In this document: piece after piece, positions 37,350 through 50,521 of the stretch | Layout of the letters: each line of letters begins with the position of its first letter | Position numbering within the stretch: position 1 is the first letter of the stretch | Assembly: GCA_043228905.1 (NCBI GenBank) | Contig: JBHGNT010000004.1 | Coordinates: 8,556,001-8,620,000 of the forward strand | Source: Azolla caroliniana | Lineage: Eukaryota; Plantae; Polypodiophyta | Direction: 5' to 3' | DNA: 64,000 nt | Made by a program: the position numbers and the translations under genes | Notes under the pieces: model-generated | What the model was told of the DNA's origin: nothing | What the model saw: the letters and a program-made list of their open reading frames with translations, nothing else | Database searches by the model: none

Positions 37350-40300
37350 ACGGAGTCGAATCTGACTCAACATATGGATAGAGGAAGGGATCGACGAAGA
37401 AGAACTCCGCAGCGAACGGAAAAATCCCATGCTAGATTGAAGTCCAAAGGTAAGCCTGTGTGCTTTTATTGTGGAAAACCTGGACACTTCCAGAAGGATT
37501 GCCGACACATGAAGAAAGATAAGTCTGTCGGAAACAATGTCGAACCCCGGAAGATTCCGGATGACAAGAACACTTCAGCCATTGCTACGAGCAATGAAGA
37601 ACTCATGTTCTTTTGTGAACAGACGAGTGCAAATCTTGCGAGTGAAGATTGCATGTGGGTGATCGACTCCGGTGCATCCTTCTATATTACTCTGTTGAGA
37701 GAGTATTTCTCGACTTACATAGTTGGGGATCATGGCTATGTGAAGATGGGTGATAGTGGAGAGTGGAAGATAACTGGAGTCGGAAGTGTAGGCTTAACGA
37801 CATCGATAGGGTGTCGACTAACATAGAAGGATGTTCGACACGTCTCCGATATCAGATTGAATCTGATATCGACTGGAAGGCTTGACGAGGAAGGCTACAA
37901 TGGTAGTTTTTAGAATGGCAAGTGGAAGTTCTGCCGAGGAAACCTTATAGTGGCCCGAGCTTAGAAAGAAGGCACATTGTACATGATGCATGCCCGACTG
38001 TGCAAATCGAAAGTAAACGTGGCAGCCGACGCGGCAGGGGAGATATGGCATAAGAGTCTAGGCCACATGAGTGAGAAGGAAATGCACCTGTTAGCAGACC
38101 AGAAACTTCTACCAGAAGTCAAGGGAGTACACCTGGAGAAGTGTGTCAACTACTTAGCCGAAAAGCAAAACAGGACGGTATTCCACACGAGACCACCGAG
38201 GAGAAGAGATGCTGCACTGGAACTAGTGCACACGGATGTGTGCTATGTGGATGCTCCATCACATCGAGGAGGACAGTACTTTGTGACATTTATTGATGAC
38301 CATAGTCGGAAGACATGGGCCTTCGTACTGAAGATGAAGGATCAAGTACTTTCGGTTTTCAAGGAGTTCCAGGCAAGAGTTGAAAGAGAGTCGGGTCAGA
38401 AACTGAAGGTTGTCCGAACCGACAACAGTGGAAAATACAAAGGGCAGTTCGAAGAATACTGCAAGTGCCAAGGTATTAGAATCGAATACACAGTGCCAAA
38501 TACCACAGAGTTGAACGGGCTTGCAGAGAGGATGAATCGAACAATCATGGAGAGAGTAAGGAGCATGCTCTCCCATGAGAAACTGCTGCATTCCTATTGG
38601 GCTAAGGCGATGTACACGGATGTCTATCTGATCAACATGTCTCCCTCAGTACCATTAAAGGGTGATGTCCCACAGAGGGTGTGGACAAGGAAGGATGTCT
38701 CCTACCAACACCTGAGGGTGTTTGGATGTTTGGCATATATGCATGTACCAAAGGATCAGAGGTCAAAGCTCGACAGCAAGTCGAAAGCATGCATATTCAT
38801 GGTATACTCGGAAGATGAATTCGGCTATAGGATGTGGGACCTAGCCGACAAGAAGGTAGTGAGAATTCAGGATGTAGTCTTTCTAGAAGACAAGACAATT
38901 GAAGACTGGAAGCAACAGAAGTCGGAACCGACTCCCCAGTCAACCTCGACTACCATCGACTTAAGGCCAAGTGAGTCGTCACTGACAGTTGTAAGGAGAC
39001 AGCTGGCCGACAGAGTCGAATCCGAGTCGGTCGACAAACTTTCTACACCCTTCCTTATCTTTTGATTCATCCTTCTCCTCATCCGAACATCCTTTTATCG
39101 GAATATCATCCAAGAATGGCATAGTGATGTCCGGGATACAATCCTTCAAGACCTTGTTCATGGCCTTCACCATATGAGCCATCGAGTTTGTTGCACCTTG
39201 AGGCAAGGTACACATCCGCACGAGCCTGATCGGAGTCCTCATGGTTGTAATGTCACGACTATCGATCGCCAACTGGAATTGGTCGTATCTAGAGTAGAGA
39301 TCACCAATGGAGTAGATGGACCGGCCCACAAACGCTTCGGCAAATTCATCCACACTCGAACCGATTCCAGCATTCCAAATTGTCACCTTGTTGACGGGTT
39401 GAAGATCTTGGATGAATCACAATGATCCATTCTTCTTTGGAACCGTGAACCACTTATTAGAATAGGGAGCATTAGACGGTTCCAAAATTCCCATATCCAC
39501 CGTCTCCTTTAAGACCTCGATCAACTTCGGTAGGTGTGCTCTTGGAACCGGTATCGGTTTCAAATTCAAAGGCACGTGCGGCATCGTGAAGATTACCATC
39601 GGCTCTATTGTCCTTGGATCAGCACATCCAATTTCTTGTGGGAAAAATGCGAAAACCTTCCCATGTCTCTCAAGCATGTCGCAGAACATTCGCTCCTCTT
39701 CAGGGAGGAGGAAATCTTCCCTTCCAACTCGTAGCTTTCCTTTCGTCTCTTTGGTGAAGACATGATCTATTGCCTTTGGATCTCTTAAGCTTGGATCGTT
39801 AGCGACTTCCTTCATCTTTTGTTAGCTATCTTCTGGTAGCGGAACCGCAACTGGCTTGATCTTCCTATCCACCGTTTTATATTTTGTGTTGATGTCAACT
39901 TCCTTCATCAAGATGCTTCGATGATATTCATCGATGATAGTGTACATGTTGATGGAGTTAACAGAAATCACGTGTCGATCGTGAAGATAGCTCAAGTCCA
40001 CAACGTCCTCGATTTCACCGATGGTGTCGTTAAATGAGGCTTCTTCCATAATATCAGTCACGAACTCGTCTTCCTCTATTATGTTTTCTTCTTTCAGCAT
40101 CTTCTCGAAGACTTGTATCCGACGCTTGTCCTTCTTGCGGGTAGTACTAGTTTACATGCGCCACTAGGTGTGACACATGTTGCTTCTCCTCGCAATCCAT
40201 GTGCTCTACCTTGTTGTGGGGACTTGTGATCGCTCAGACTATTTGTGCCCCATGCTTCAATAGTCCGCTCTAATAATCCGAGGATTGGCCTCCAACCAAT

Positions 40301-41049
40301 ACTATCTCAATTTCTTTCATGATTAGATTGCACCGTTAAGAATTGAACAGATCTTTGATTGTCAAGACTCTTGATTCGCGCGAAGGTTGCTCCATTATCG
40401 AACACCTTGCTCTCCATCCGGGATGATGTGATATACAGTTGACCTAGGATGATAGGATGCGAAGCTGATTCTTGTACGAAGAAGTGTTGATCCATCTCCA
40501 CATCCCCGATCATGACTTTAACATTTGGACAAGCTCCGTACAAGTCTTTTGTCGTCTTTGTTGCCGCTCGAATCTTCCATTCGTGGTTGTATTAATTGGC
40601 CATCTTCCTTTTTTGTAGAAGTCGGTTAACATGAGTTTGATCTCCGAGCCATGGTTGATCAAGGCTACTACGATCCCTTTCTCTTCTATTCCTTTTCTCT
40701 TTTCTTCGACGAACACCTCGTGATTGCACATCACTTCCGTGAGTATGGTGTTGTCATCCATCGGATCTGACCATCCGGTGATAATTTGTACACTTCGGTC
40801 CGCAAGCTCTACCTCGTTCGAAGTGACTTTTCCCTTCTTCTCATACTCAAGAACGGTAGACCAAAACTTTGCTCCCACTTTCGCAGCTTCAGTTTTGTCT
40901 TTCCCGACTCTTATTTTGGCCAACGCAGCATAGTGCATTGCATCCACATGAGTCGCGTCGGCATCTTCCATAGCTTTCTTCATTACTCCTCTTCCAAAAT
41001 TTACCCGCAGGGGTCTTCTAGTCTCACTCAAGCCGATCATGTTGCCATC

Positions 41050-44000
41050 TGAAAAAGAATACGTGCAGAAGCAATAGAAAACCGAACACAGAAAATACAT
41101 AGGTTTAATGGACAACTTTGAATATACACAGTACACGGGAAAGATAGAGAGGGAGAGCACATAGAAACCTCAATTCAAAATAATACTCAATCTGTACATA
41201 GGATGTGCTCAATGAGCACTTTTATACAAAGTCCATACGGACTGACAGAAGTACCGACACGTACTTCAATGCTCATAAGTGAGCTCTACACTAACTCCCA
41301 AAATGTATTCCTATGCGGAATATCTTCCTAACGGCCTCGCGGTTTACGCACCGCTAGGCCATGTTATGCGTACTGATTTACGCACCCAGTCTACGCACTA
41401 GGTTACGCATCGTATTACGCATGAATGTTGAGCTTGTCTCTCAACACTCCCCCTCAAGCTCAACTTGAGGTTCCACCTGCTCCACCGGATCTACACTCCG
41501 GTTCCTTCTAGCCTCACGCCTCACTCACGCTCCTCGACCCGTTCGATTCCGCACACCTCGACCCTTCTGGTCGGCTTGTCTGCTTACACGGCCCTTCTCA
41601 GCTTCCTTGTTGTTGCGGTGTTGGCACCCCTTCTGCTGCCTTCTCTTCCACTTGGCTCTTGGTTGACTCAATGTATCCGAATCAAACATTCGAACCGACT
41701 CAGCTTCCTCCGATCGGTTTTCGCTCTCATCCGAGTTGGCTGTCTCCAACTCGTCTTCGGTCCTCTCGCCCTTGATGGCTGCGTCTCCCCCATGCTTGGT
41801 TGGCTTCGGCTCTTTCTTCCGACTGCTCCCCTTCTATCCGCTTTCGGAATCTTCCGCGGGTCCGCCCTCGACTTCTTCAGCCGGTCTGAATTTGAATTCG
41901 TCATACGACTCGGCATCGCGGTCTTCATCTTCTGGAACGTCTCTCCCCCTCAAGTTCGGTACGTCGAGGTGACGCAACCCAAGCGAACCCGAGAATTGCC
42001 GCAACTTGTCCAGACCAAGAGGCTTGGTGAAGATGTTGGCATTCTACCGATCCGTCGGAACATACTGAAGTTCGACTTCACCGAAGAGAACACACTCACG
42101 GACGAAATGGTAGTGCACCTCAATGTGCTTAGTCCAGGCGTGGAAGACGGGGTTCTTAGCTAGTTGGATGCTGTTGAGGTTGTTGCAGTAGATTGTCGTT
42201 GGATCAGGTACCTCCACCTGAAGATCCTTAAGTAGCCACTTCAACCATATGGCTTCACATGTCGCGACAACCGCTCCTCTATACTTGGCTTCGGTGCTCG
42301 ACATCGCAACTATCAGTTGCTTCTTGCTACTCCACGCAATCGCGGCACTCCCGAGAGAGAACGCGAAACCGGACGTGGATTGGCGATCGGTGACGTTGCC
42401 GGCCTAGTCAACATTGGTGTAACCGACCAAATACGCAACAGTATCGGCCCGATATAGTAGCCCCCGGTCCTTAGTGCCACTGATGTACCAGAGTACACGT
42501 TGTCGTGCCCTTCGGCTCCGGATCGTTGCGTGAGTCGGGTGGGAACCGCCGAGGTTTTTGACTAGGAGGAAGAGGAATACAACTTAAGGCTAGTTATGAA
42601 TAGTGGAAAGAGAAGTAAGATAACAATCTCGTGAATCCCACGAGTTTAGTGTAATTAAAACAATATTTAGATTATAAGAGCAATTAGATGGCAAAATTCG
42701 TGAATCCCACGAATATATTAGATTGATCAAAACTTGTATATTAATCAACAACCTTATACATATTTCTCTCCTCATATAAAGATGGAAGAGGCTAAGCATG
42801 GCTTCATGCTTTTTCACCTAAAGTGTCCATGCACACTAAATGTGCATGTGATGCTTTGTCATTTCCTAAATATAGGGCTCATGCACGCTAGATGTGCATG
42901 AGTCACTTTTAATGGCACGTGTAAATAAAATATTTACACTCTAAAGAATACATGATTTTTACCTTTTAATAAAGGTATGTGTAAGGTCTTATGCATATTA
43001 AATCTATATTTATAACACTAAAGATAAGTTATTACAATGGTAAAGTTGGGGTTTATTTACGTGGAGGTGCATGGTTCGAATCCTGCCCTATGCACGTGAT
43101 AAATTCTTTTGATATATTATTTATTTATTTATATGTATCTAAAATCGGATATATTATTTTATGGTTTTCACGAAGTGTGTGGAATACACTACGACAACGT
43201 TGTGCGCACTGAAGGTGCTCCTCGGTAGGTCGCGCCATAAATTGACTAATCACCCCGACCGGGTAGCTGAGATCTGGTCAGGTGATGGTCAAGTATATAA
43301 GGCTTCTGACTATCTGTATGAACCTCGTCGGGTCACATACCTTTCCAAAATCGGGGCGAAGCTTGACGGTTCTATCCAGAGGAGTTGAGATGGACTTACA
43401 GTCGGCCATCCCGAATTTGAAGAGCATATTCATCGCGTAATGACGTTGTCTTATCAAGATGCCTTCGGGGGTACGGATCACTTCGATCCCGAGGAAGTAA
43501 TGAAGGTCCCCCAGATCCTTCATGTCGAATGATACCGCAAGCTGGAGTTTCATGCGGTCTATCTCACCTAGGTCGGCACCGGTGATGACCAAGTCGTCAA
43601 CATAGAGTAGAATACTAATCGGCCCGAGTTGACCTTTACAGATGAACAATGAGGAGTCTGATTTTGATGTCACAAAGCCCATCCGATGCAATCATTGCGT
43701 GATCTTCACGTTCCAAGCACACGGGGCTTACTTTAGTCCGTAAAGGAACTTCTTCAATCGGCACACCGCCAAAGTGTTCGTTCCGGAGTGAAACCGGGGG
43801 GGCTGTACCATGTACACCTGTTCCTCAAGCTCACCTTGGAGGAACAAATTCTTTACATCCATCTGATGTAAGTGCCACCCCTTTGCCGCAACTACCGCGA
43901 GCAAAACACGGATGGTCGTCATCTTCGTGACCGGCGCATACGTCTCATCGTAGTCGATGCCATGTTTCTGCACGTAGCCTTTTTCTACTAACCGGGCCTT

Positions 44001-47000
44001 GTAGCGGTTGACCGAGCCGTCAGGGTTGTACTTGACCTTCTACACCCACCTACATCCGATCGGCTTCACACCATTACGGCACGCCAATTCGCGTCCTTCG
44101 CCGCTTCTACGTAGCTCTCTGGCTCACGTACTTCTGCTACACACGTCATGTACACATAGTGATGCACCATGTACTCGTTGTAACCGAACCACACAATAGG
44201 GTTCTTCTGGCGGGTTGATTGGCGTAATTGCTCATTAGCCGATGTTGAGGCTTTCATAGCCGATGCGGACTTCGCTCTCAAAGACCCGTCGTCACTTCCC
44301 TTAGAGTCGGACTCGCGCCGATCCGACTCGTTCCTATCCGTGTCGTAATCCTACACCTTCTTCTTCCCTATTTCTTTGCGCGTAAACCGTCTCCTCGGCT
44401 TCTTGCATGGGGAATGCACGACCGAGTCTCAACTACTCACCGGCTCCTCATCAGACTGGTCAAACCGACTCAGTCGTCCATTCGGTCCGCTTAACCGAAA
44501 CGAAATCGGACTCTCTCCGCGGGTCCCGATTTCAGGCTCATCTAGAGGCATCTTGACCTTGCTGACCTCATCGTCAGAACTCGGATTCGAGGTGAGGTCC
44601 AGAGTTGGAGGCAAGTACCAGGACGTGGACTCGTCAAACACAACATCACAGCTCACACACGCTTGTTTCGTGCAAGGGTTATAACACTTATAACCCTTCT
44701 GCTCGTTCGAGTAGCCGACCAAGATACACTTCTCGGCTTTCGCGTCCAACTTCCTCCTTTTCTCCTTCAACACATGCACATACGTGATGCTGCTGAAAAC
44801 TCTTAAGTGTCGCAGATTTGGTTTCCTTCCGAAATATAGCTCATGCACTGACACTTTTTCTCCAATCCGATTCTGGATGTATACCGCGGTTTGTACCGCC
44901 TTGGCCCAATAGAACTTGGGTAAGCTCTTTTCCTCCAGCATTTCCCGTGCCGCTTCCACAATCGACCGATTTTTTCTCTCGGCCACGCAGTTTTGCTCTG
45001 GCGTGTATCTACAACTGAATTCACGCCGAATTCCCATATGTTCCAGATAGCCGTTGAATTGACCAGAAAAGTATTCTTTTCCACCATCCGACCGCAAGCA
45101 CTTGATCTTCCGTCCTGTTTCCATTTCCACGAACCCTTTAAGGTCTCGGAAATAGTCGAAGAATTCACTCTTCTTCTTGATGAGATAGATCCACGTGTGC
45201 CGCGTATAGTCGCCAATGAAGGAGACAAAATATCGACTCCCGCCAAGACTAACGTTATGTGCGGCCCCCATACATCGGAATGTATCAAGTCGAGCTTGTT
45301 CCGGCTACGGTTATGCTCGTTTGGGAAAGGAAGTCGGTGTTGCTTCCCTAGCTGGCTGGCTCCACAAATTTGTGCCTACCGGCCACTAAATTTGTGCAAT
45401 CCGAACACCACCTGTTTCGATTGTAGGTCCTAAAGCCGTTGATAGTTGACGTGGCCTATCCACTTGTGCCATAAGTCGATATCCGACTCGACCTTTTGTC
45501 CTTTCGCGAACATTGCGGTGCCATCTTCGCTAGAGTCGAGGATGAACATCCTCCCGTCTCTATGCCCTTGTGCAATAACTCGGCCTTCTTCTTTGATGAA
45601 GCACCCGAGGTGCGTGAACCGGAGTTGCATCCCCTGGTCGATGACCTCCCGACCGACACCAGAATCTTCGTGATTGTGGGGACGTGCAACACATTCATAA
45701 GTTTCCATTTCTGCTCGACATAGCTCAAGGGAACTTCACCGACATTCGCGATCAGATGCGGAGTGTCGTCTCCGGTTGTGACTACTCCCGGTTGCGTCGG
45801 TTTCTCAAGGTATGAGAACCACTCCTCGTGGCATGTCATGTGGTTTGACTTGCCGGAGTCGACGTACCACACCTCGTCTGATTTCGGGGTGGACTTCTTC
45901 ATCGAGTTGGCTTCGTGTCTCATCACGAAGGCTGACCCTTTTCCGGCTTTTTCGGGCCCTGGGACGTAGTGCGATTGTTGTCAATTTCCTTTGTCGGTTT
46001 GTCCAGAGCCTGATTCGGATCCGGTCCTCTCTGAATCGGCGCGCTCCTTCTAGCATTCGCTCTCCTTGTGGCCTTTCTTGCCACATTACCAACATTCCGC
46101 ACCGGATTTCCCTTGCCGGTTCTCGTTGCCTCGACTCCCCCTGTTTCCGGAGGGTTTGGAATTGCTGTCAGCCTCACTTCGGTGTCTTCGTCCTTGATCT
46201 CGTCGGCCGCCTCCATTGCGCACCGACTCGCCTCGTCAGCCACGACCACGGGGCCTATCTCCCTCCATGTAAAACATCTTGTTGTCGGCATGCGTGCTCG
46301 TCGACGCACCCGCGTGGGTCTCCTCTATAAGGAGCATCGACTGTAGGTCGAAAAACGACGACGTATTCTCCCATGTACACAGAGCAGTTTGGAATGCTCC
46401 GAACTTTGACACCAGTTCCCCAAGACAGATCTGCACCATCTCACCCTCCTTGACGTTCACATCGATGGAGGCTAAGGAGTCACATATATCTTTGATCTTC
46501 GAGGTGTAATCAGCCACTGACAAGTCGCGGTGTCGTAGGTTGTTCAGCTTCTTGGCTGTGGTGCTTGCGGCAAAAATCTTCTTCAGATTTCCCCAAGAAT
46601 CCTTCGGCGTTTTCTCATCCCGAATGTAGCTTAGGAGTTGTTCGCCCACAAAAGACGCGAAGCAGTACATTACTCTGCTCGCCAATTGTTCCCACGCCAG
46701 GAAATCTCTGTGTGTCAATTTGGGTGTTGTAACATTTCCTCTGTCGACATAGCTCTAGTAACTGTGCCCGAGCAGGTACTGGTGCATCTTGTAGGACCAA
46801 GACGCATAGTTGTTTCTGTCGAGCTTCTCGGTAGGAAGCGAGCTAGCCATGCCTCTATCCATTTTGTTTTTCCTGTTCTTCTTGGTTAGTTTTATTTTCA
46901 AGCTATGTCGGTTCAGATACCATGAAAAAGAATACGTGCGGAAGCAATAGAAAACCGAACACAAAAAATACGCAGGTTTAATGGAGAGCTATGAATATAC

Positions 47001-47322
47001 ACTGTACGCGGGAGAGACAGAGAGAGAGAGAGCACACAGAAACCTCAATTCAAAATAATACTCAATCTGTACATAGGATGAGCTCAGTGAGCACTTTTAT
47101 ACAAAGTCCATACGGACTGACAGAAGTACTGACACGTACTTCAATGCTCATAAGTGAGCTCTACACTAACTCCCAAAATGTATTCCTACACGGAATACCT
47201 TCCCAACGGCCTCGCAGTTTATGCACTGCTACGGCCATGTTATGCGTACCAATTTACGCACCCCGTCTACGCACTAGGTTACGCATTGTATTACGCACGA
47301 ATGTTGAGCTTGTCTCTCAACA
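41050..47322 (-). mobile_element. Full-length but degenerate Copia G (same group as F), inserted in gag of M
   Basis: LTRs at 46923-47322 and 41050-41446. TSD CCATC at 41045-41049 and 47323-47327. Partly deleted PBS (TGGTATCTGAAC) at 46911-46922 and PPT at 41447-41455. gag-pol starts at 46862 and has stops, frameshifts and a deletion near 44075. Confidence 0.95.
42501..43196 (-). mobile_element. Solo LTR S (696 bp) of a Gypsy family, inserted in the RT/RNase H region of G
   Basis: TGTCGT...ACGACA termini; 4-bp TSD ACGT at 42497-42500 and 43197-43200. Removing it restores LQCAQRVL. The U5 motif and overall layout resemble the M LTR. Confidence 0.9.
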
Positions 47323-48930
47323 CCATCCATGTATACGATATTTTGTCGAATGTCGTCTCGAAGGCTCGTGCAATCCCTTCTCATGTGGTCCATACTATCG
47401 CAGCACACGCATCTAAAGGGTTCTTTTCCTTTGTGGCCCCGGCGATTCATGTTGGCTAGCGTGACCGTTGCGAACTTCTTCGCCAGTTCTTCGATGATTT
47501 TGTCATCAATCTTCTTTTCTTCGGGGTTAGTTAGTTTGGGCGGCTCAGCTACTTCCGGTTGTCTTGTTTTCTTCGCGACAATCGATCCCGCCAAGTCGAT
47601 GTCATCAACCCACTGACGACGCTTATCGAGGCTATTGCACACCTGCTTCACCGCAATCCAGTCTGCCACAAGCCCATTTGCTTGGGTATCATCTTCAAGA
47701 AGAGTCCCCAATTCTCGTCTATCCTTCATGTCCACAACTTTCAAGAAGTACAAAGTCTTGTCCTCCTCAAGTAGCACTTGGTCCATGCCGAGGAGACGAT
47801 GAAACATTTGGTCGAACTCGTCGAACACCCTCGAAGCCCTCATCCTCTTATTCTTCTTTTCTATCCACTTCATTAAGGCATGTCGAGTCATCCTCGACAA
47901 ATCTTCCATCATGAACTCCGCTAATATCTCTTTCTCGAACTCGGACCACGTTGTCTTCCCTTCTTGACGCTCGATGATGCGCCTTTGGATGTTGTTGGCA
48001 ACCACTATCTTGAAACTTGTGATTTGACGCGCTTCAGACATGTCCCTCTAATTCATCTCCCTTTTGTATGCATCAAGGAACTTCGTAATGTTCCTTCCGT
48101 CAAATTGACCCTCAAGCTCAACGACACAGTCGACAGCCTTCTTCACGCTCGCATAGTTGTCCCGAGATCTCATCATTTGTTCGATGATTAGCATCATCCT
48201 TTCGAACTCTCCCGCTTGATTGCTTGAGGACACCATCTCCAAGTATCGGTTGATCCTCGACTTGATCCTTCCTACCGCCTCTTTCACGTCCGGTTCACCA
48301 CTCAATTATGTCGTGAAAATTCGTCACTACGTGCGGATCGTGAGGCGGAACCGCCGGGGTTCTAGACCGGAAGGATTCGAAGTTTGCACTAGCTTTAACG
48401 AGAAAGTATTTAAGATAGATTGAGATAAGATAGAACGCTTGACTTTAGATTTGAGAGAGATTGAAATGGGGAGAGAGATTAAGATTGAACTTTTAACTTT
48501 TAGATTTAAGAGGGAAGATACATCAACAATAGGATTACAAGTTTCTTATTTTTCCCCAAAATTTTCATTAGTTTCATTTGCTTGATTCCTCCACTCTTTT
48601 ATAGATGCCCCATGCATATGGTGCATGTGAGGGTGCAAGACATACACGTAATGCATGAAATGCATGCTTGCCATGTCATCATCTAAGCTCTCATGTATGA
48701 GAATTTACATGTAAAAGTATAATGATAAAAATATAGCTTCTAAGAAAATGACTTGGCTTAGTGGTAAGTATATTGCTTCCTATCTTGGAGTTGCAAGGTT
48801 CAAGCCTTGCTCACATCCCTTTTAAAACACAAAATACTACTAGGCTTTCATCTTGTATTTACACCGAAAATCTTCAAAACACCATGCACCGCCGACTGAT
48901 CCGTCTGTCCCGACTGGTTCAATCCAATCC

Positions 48931-49150
48931 TGATCCAATCCTGTCCATCACCATCCGATCCCGGTCTTGGTCGCCGATTGCCGTCTGATCCAATCCTGTC
49001 CATCACCATCCGATCCCGGTCTCGGTCGCCGATTGCCGTCTGATCCAATCCTGTCCATCACCATCCGATCCCGGTCTCGGTCGCCGATTGCCGTCTGATC
49101 CAATCCTGTCCATCACCATCCGATCCCGGTCTCGGTCGCCGATTGTCGTC
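48931..49150. repeat. Tandem repeat, 55-bp unit x4, inside the LTR of M
   Basis: 'tgatccaatcctgtccatcaccatccgatcccggtctcggtcgccgattgccgtc' starts at 48931, 48986, 49041 and 49096. Confidence 0.96.
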
Positions 49151-49579
49151 TCGTCGGCTCCGTCCGGTTTTGGTTGGCCAAAACCTTTACAAGTAGTTAG
49201 GGCACATCCATTTTGCTCAAGTCACCTTGAACATTCTATAATCCACTCATAGACACAAAGTAATAGATTTTGGCCCTGGTTATATAATCTGGGATCCTTA
49301 TTTGTCTTGTCTATGTGGGATATCTCGTAGTTTTATTTTTTCTCTTCTTCTTCGCAAACTTCATACCCACATAACTTGCCACTTAGTTGTTCGTTTCTTA
49401 TGTGGTAAATTGTATTCGAAAGCTCTTGAAGACCTCCATCTTTTTGTACCAAGATATTAAACTAGTATAAAATAATATCTTCACTATTATTGTTTTATGT
49501 TGTGTGTGAAGAACCACACTCGATTTTGTACATTCCATTCAATTTTCACACCGTTGGCGAAAAGCTTTACGACAACATG

Positions 49580-50100
49580 ATGACATGGCATTTCAACAAG
49601 GCTCAATTTGAAGTCGTGAATTTGCATAACACATTTTCACAGTCCCATAACACATAGCCCCTCGAAAATAAATACCCCTAGTGCTCCACATATTACACAC
49701 TCACATTATATCATATAGAGATGCACAATCAAAACCTCGACCTTAGAAGACACGTCATGTTGGTCTATTCTTAACTTTTTAAGGCACAAAACAAAGTATA
49801 TCACACATTCAATGATTGATGGATAAATCTCTTGTATGTTTGTGTAGTTGGCATAAAATAATAAGTGGAGAAATTGGTCTAAGATTCTCTTGTATATAGC
49901 TTTTTCAAACACTGTGATTATATATCCTCTAAACTTCTTTAACATCTTAAACCTAGTTTTATTGAGCTCTTTGACCAACTATAAGGTCACTCTGAACGCC
50001 TCAAAATCCGCTACATAATTGGAATATTTCTTGAAAATGATCGTTTTTCTTCATGCATCCTTCGTGAATAACCTAAACCGTGTGCATGAGTACCTTGTTG
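49580..50100 (-). pseudogene. Possible very old non-LTR (LINE) reverse transcriptase remnant
   Basis: The minus strand reads RGYIITVFEK, then in a shifted frame ENLRPISPL. This resembles the LINE RT 'I..I.K.G....N.RPISL' motif; the rest is barely recognisable. Confidence 0.3.
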
Positions 50101-50369
50101 CTAGCTCCATAACCATATGACAACTCATAGATAATCAAGAAAAGAAGCTTGCACAAAGTAAGACCTTGGGATAATGTCTCCCCACATTTTGACATTATCT
50201 GGAAAGATAACAATTGGTAACGGTTTGTGAGTATCAAACTCAAATCGTTTCAATTTTTTAAAACTTAAAACAAAATTTCAAAACCTTTAAATTGAAACCC
50301 TTCAAACCAAACCATTTTGAGGGATTTCCAAACCATTAACTAGCAATTTCGGTGAAAATCCGATTACTA

Positions 50370-50521
50370 GTGACCATATTCAAATTTTCAAAGATTTTGT
50401 TTTATTAACAAGCACTCAAATAGTAATTGTTTACAAATCACTTACGATGTGACCATATACAAAATTTCAAAGATTTGTTTGATTAACAAGCACTCTAATA
50501 ATATTGTTTACAAATCACTTA
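50370..50521. repeat. Diverged tandem duplication, ~79-bp unit x2
   Basis: 'gtgaccatat..tttcaaagattt..attaacaagcactc..ttgtttacaaatcactta' occurs at 50370 and 50449. Confidence 0.85.

Larger units (their letters stand above)
29083..39030 (+). mobile_element. Degenerate Tork/Tnt1-like Copia K: 5' LTR 29083-29762, decayed PBS 29766-29777, gag split by Gypsy L, ends after the integrase
   Basis: LTR TGTTGGGAAT...CTCAACA contains the 'ggtttttccc..gggtttccacgtaaa' motif. PBS reads TAGTATCAAAGC. gag WKIKMEDLLIVKDL; knuckle CFYCGKPGHFQKDC; WVIDSGAS; integrase at 37977-38950. Confidence 0.87.
39031..49574 (-). mobile_element. Degenerate Gypsy M (Trp-primed, related to L): 5' LTR ~48309-49574, PBS 48283-48300, gag 48240-47328 and 41044 onward, protease and partial RT; split by G, 3' half deleted
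   Basis: PBS TGGTGAACCGGACGTGAA (1 mismatch to L). Knuckle CVCCDSMDHMRRDC; VALINHGSEI; YSNKWFTVPKKNG; FLDDIPIKG. The LTR is bounded by TGTCGT..ACGACA; its outer end is less certain. Confidence 0.85.
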
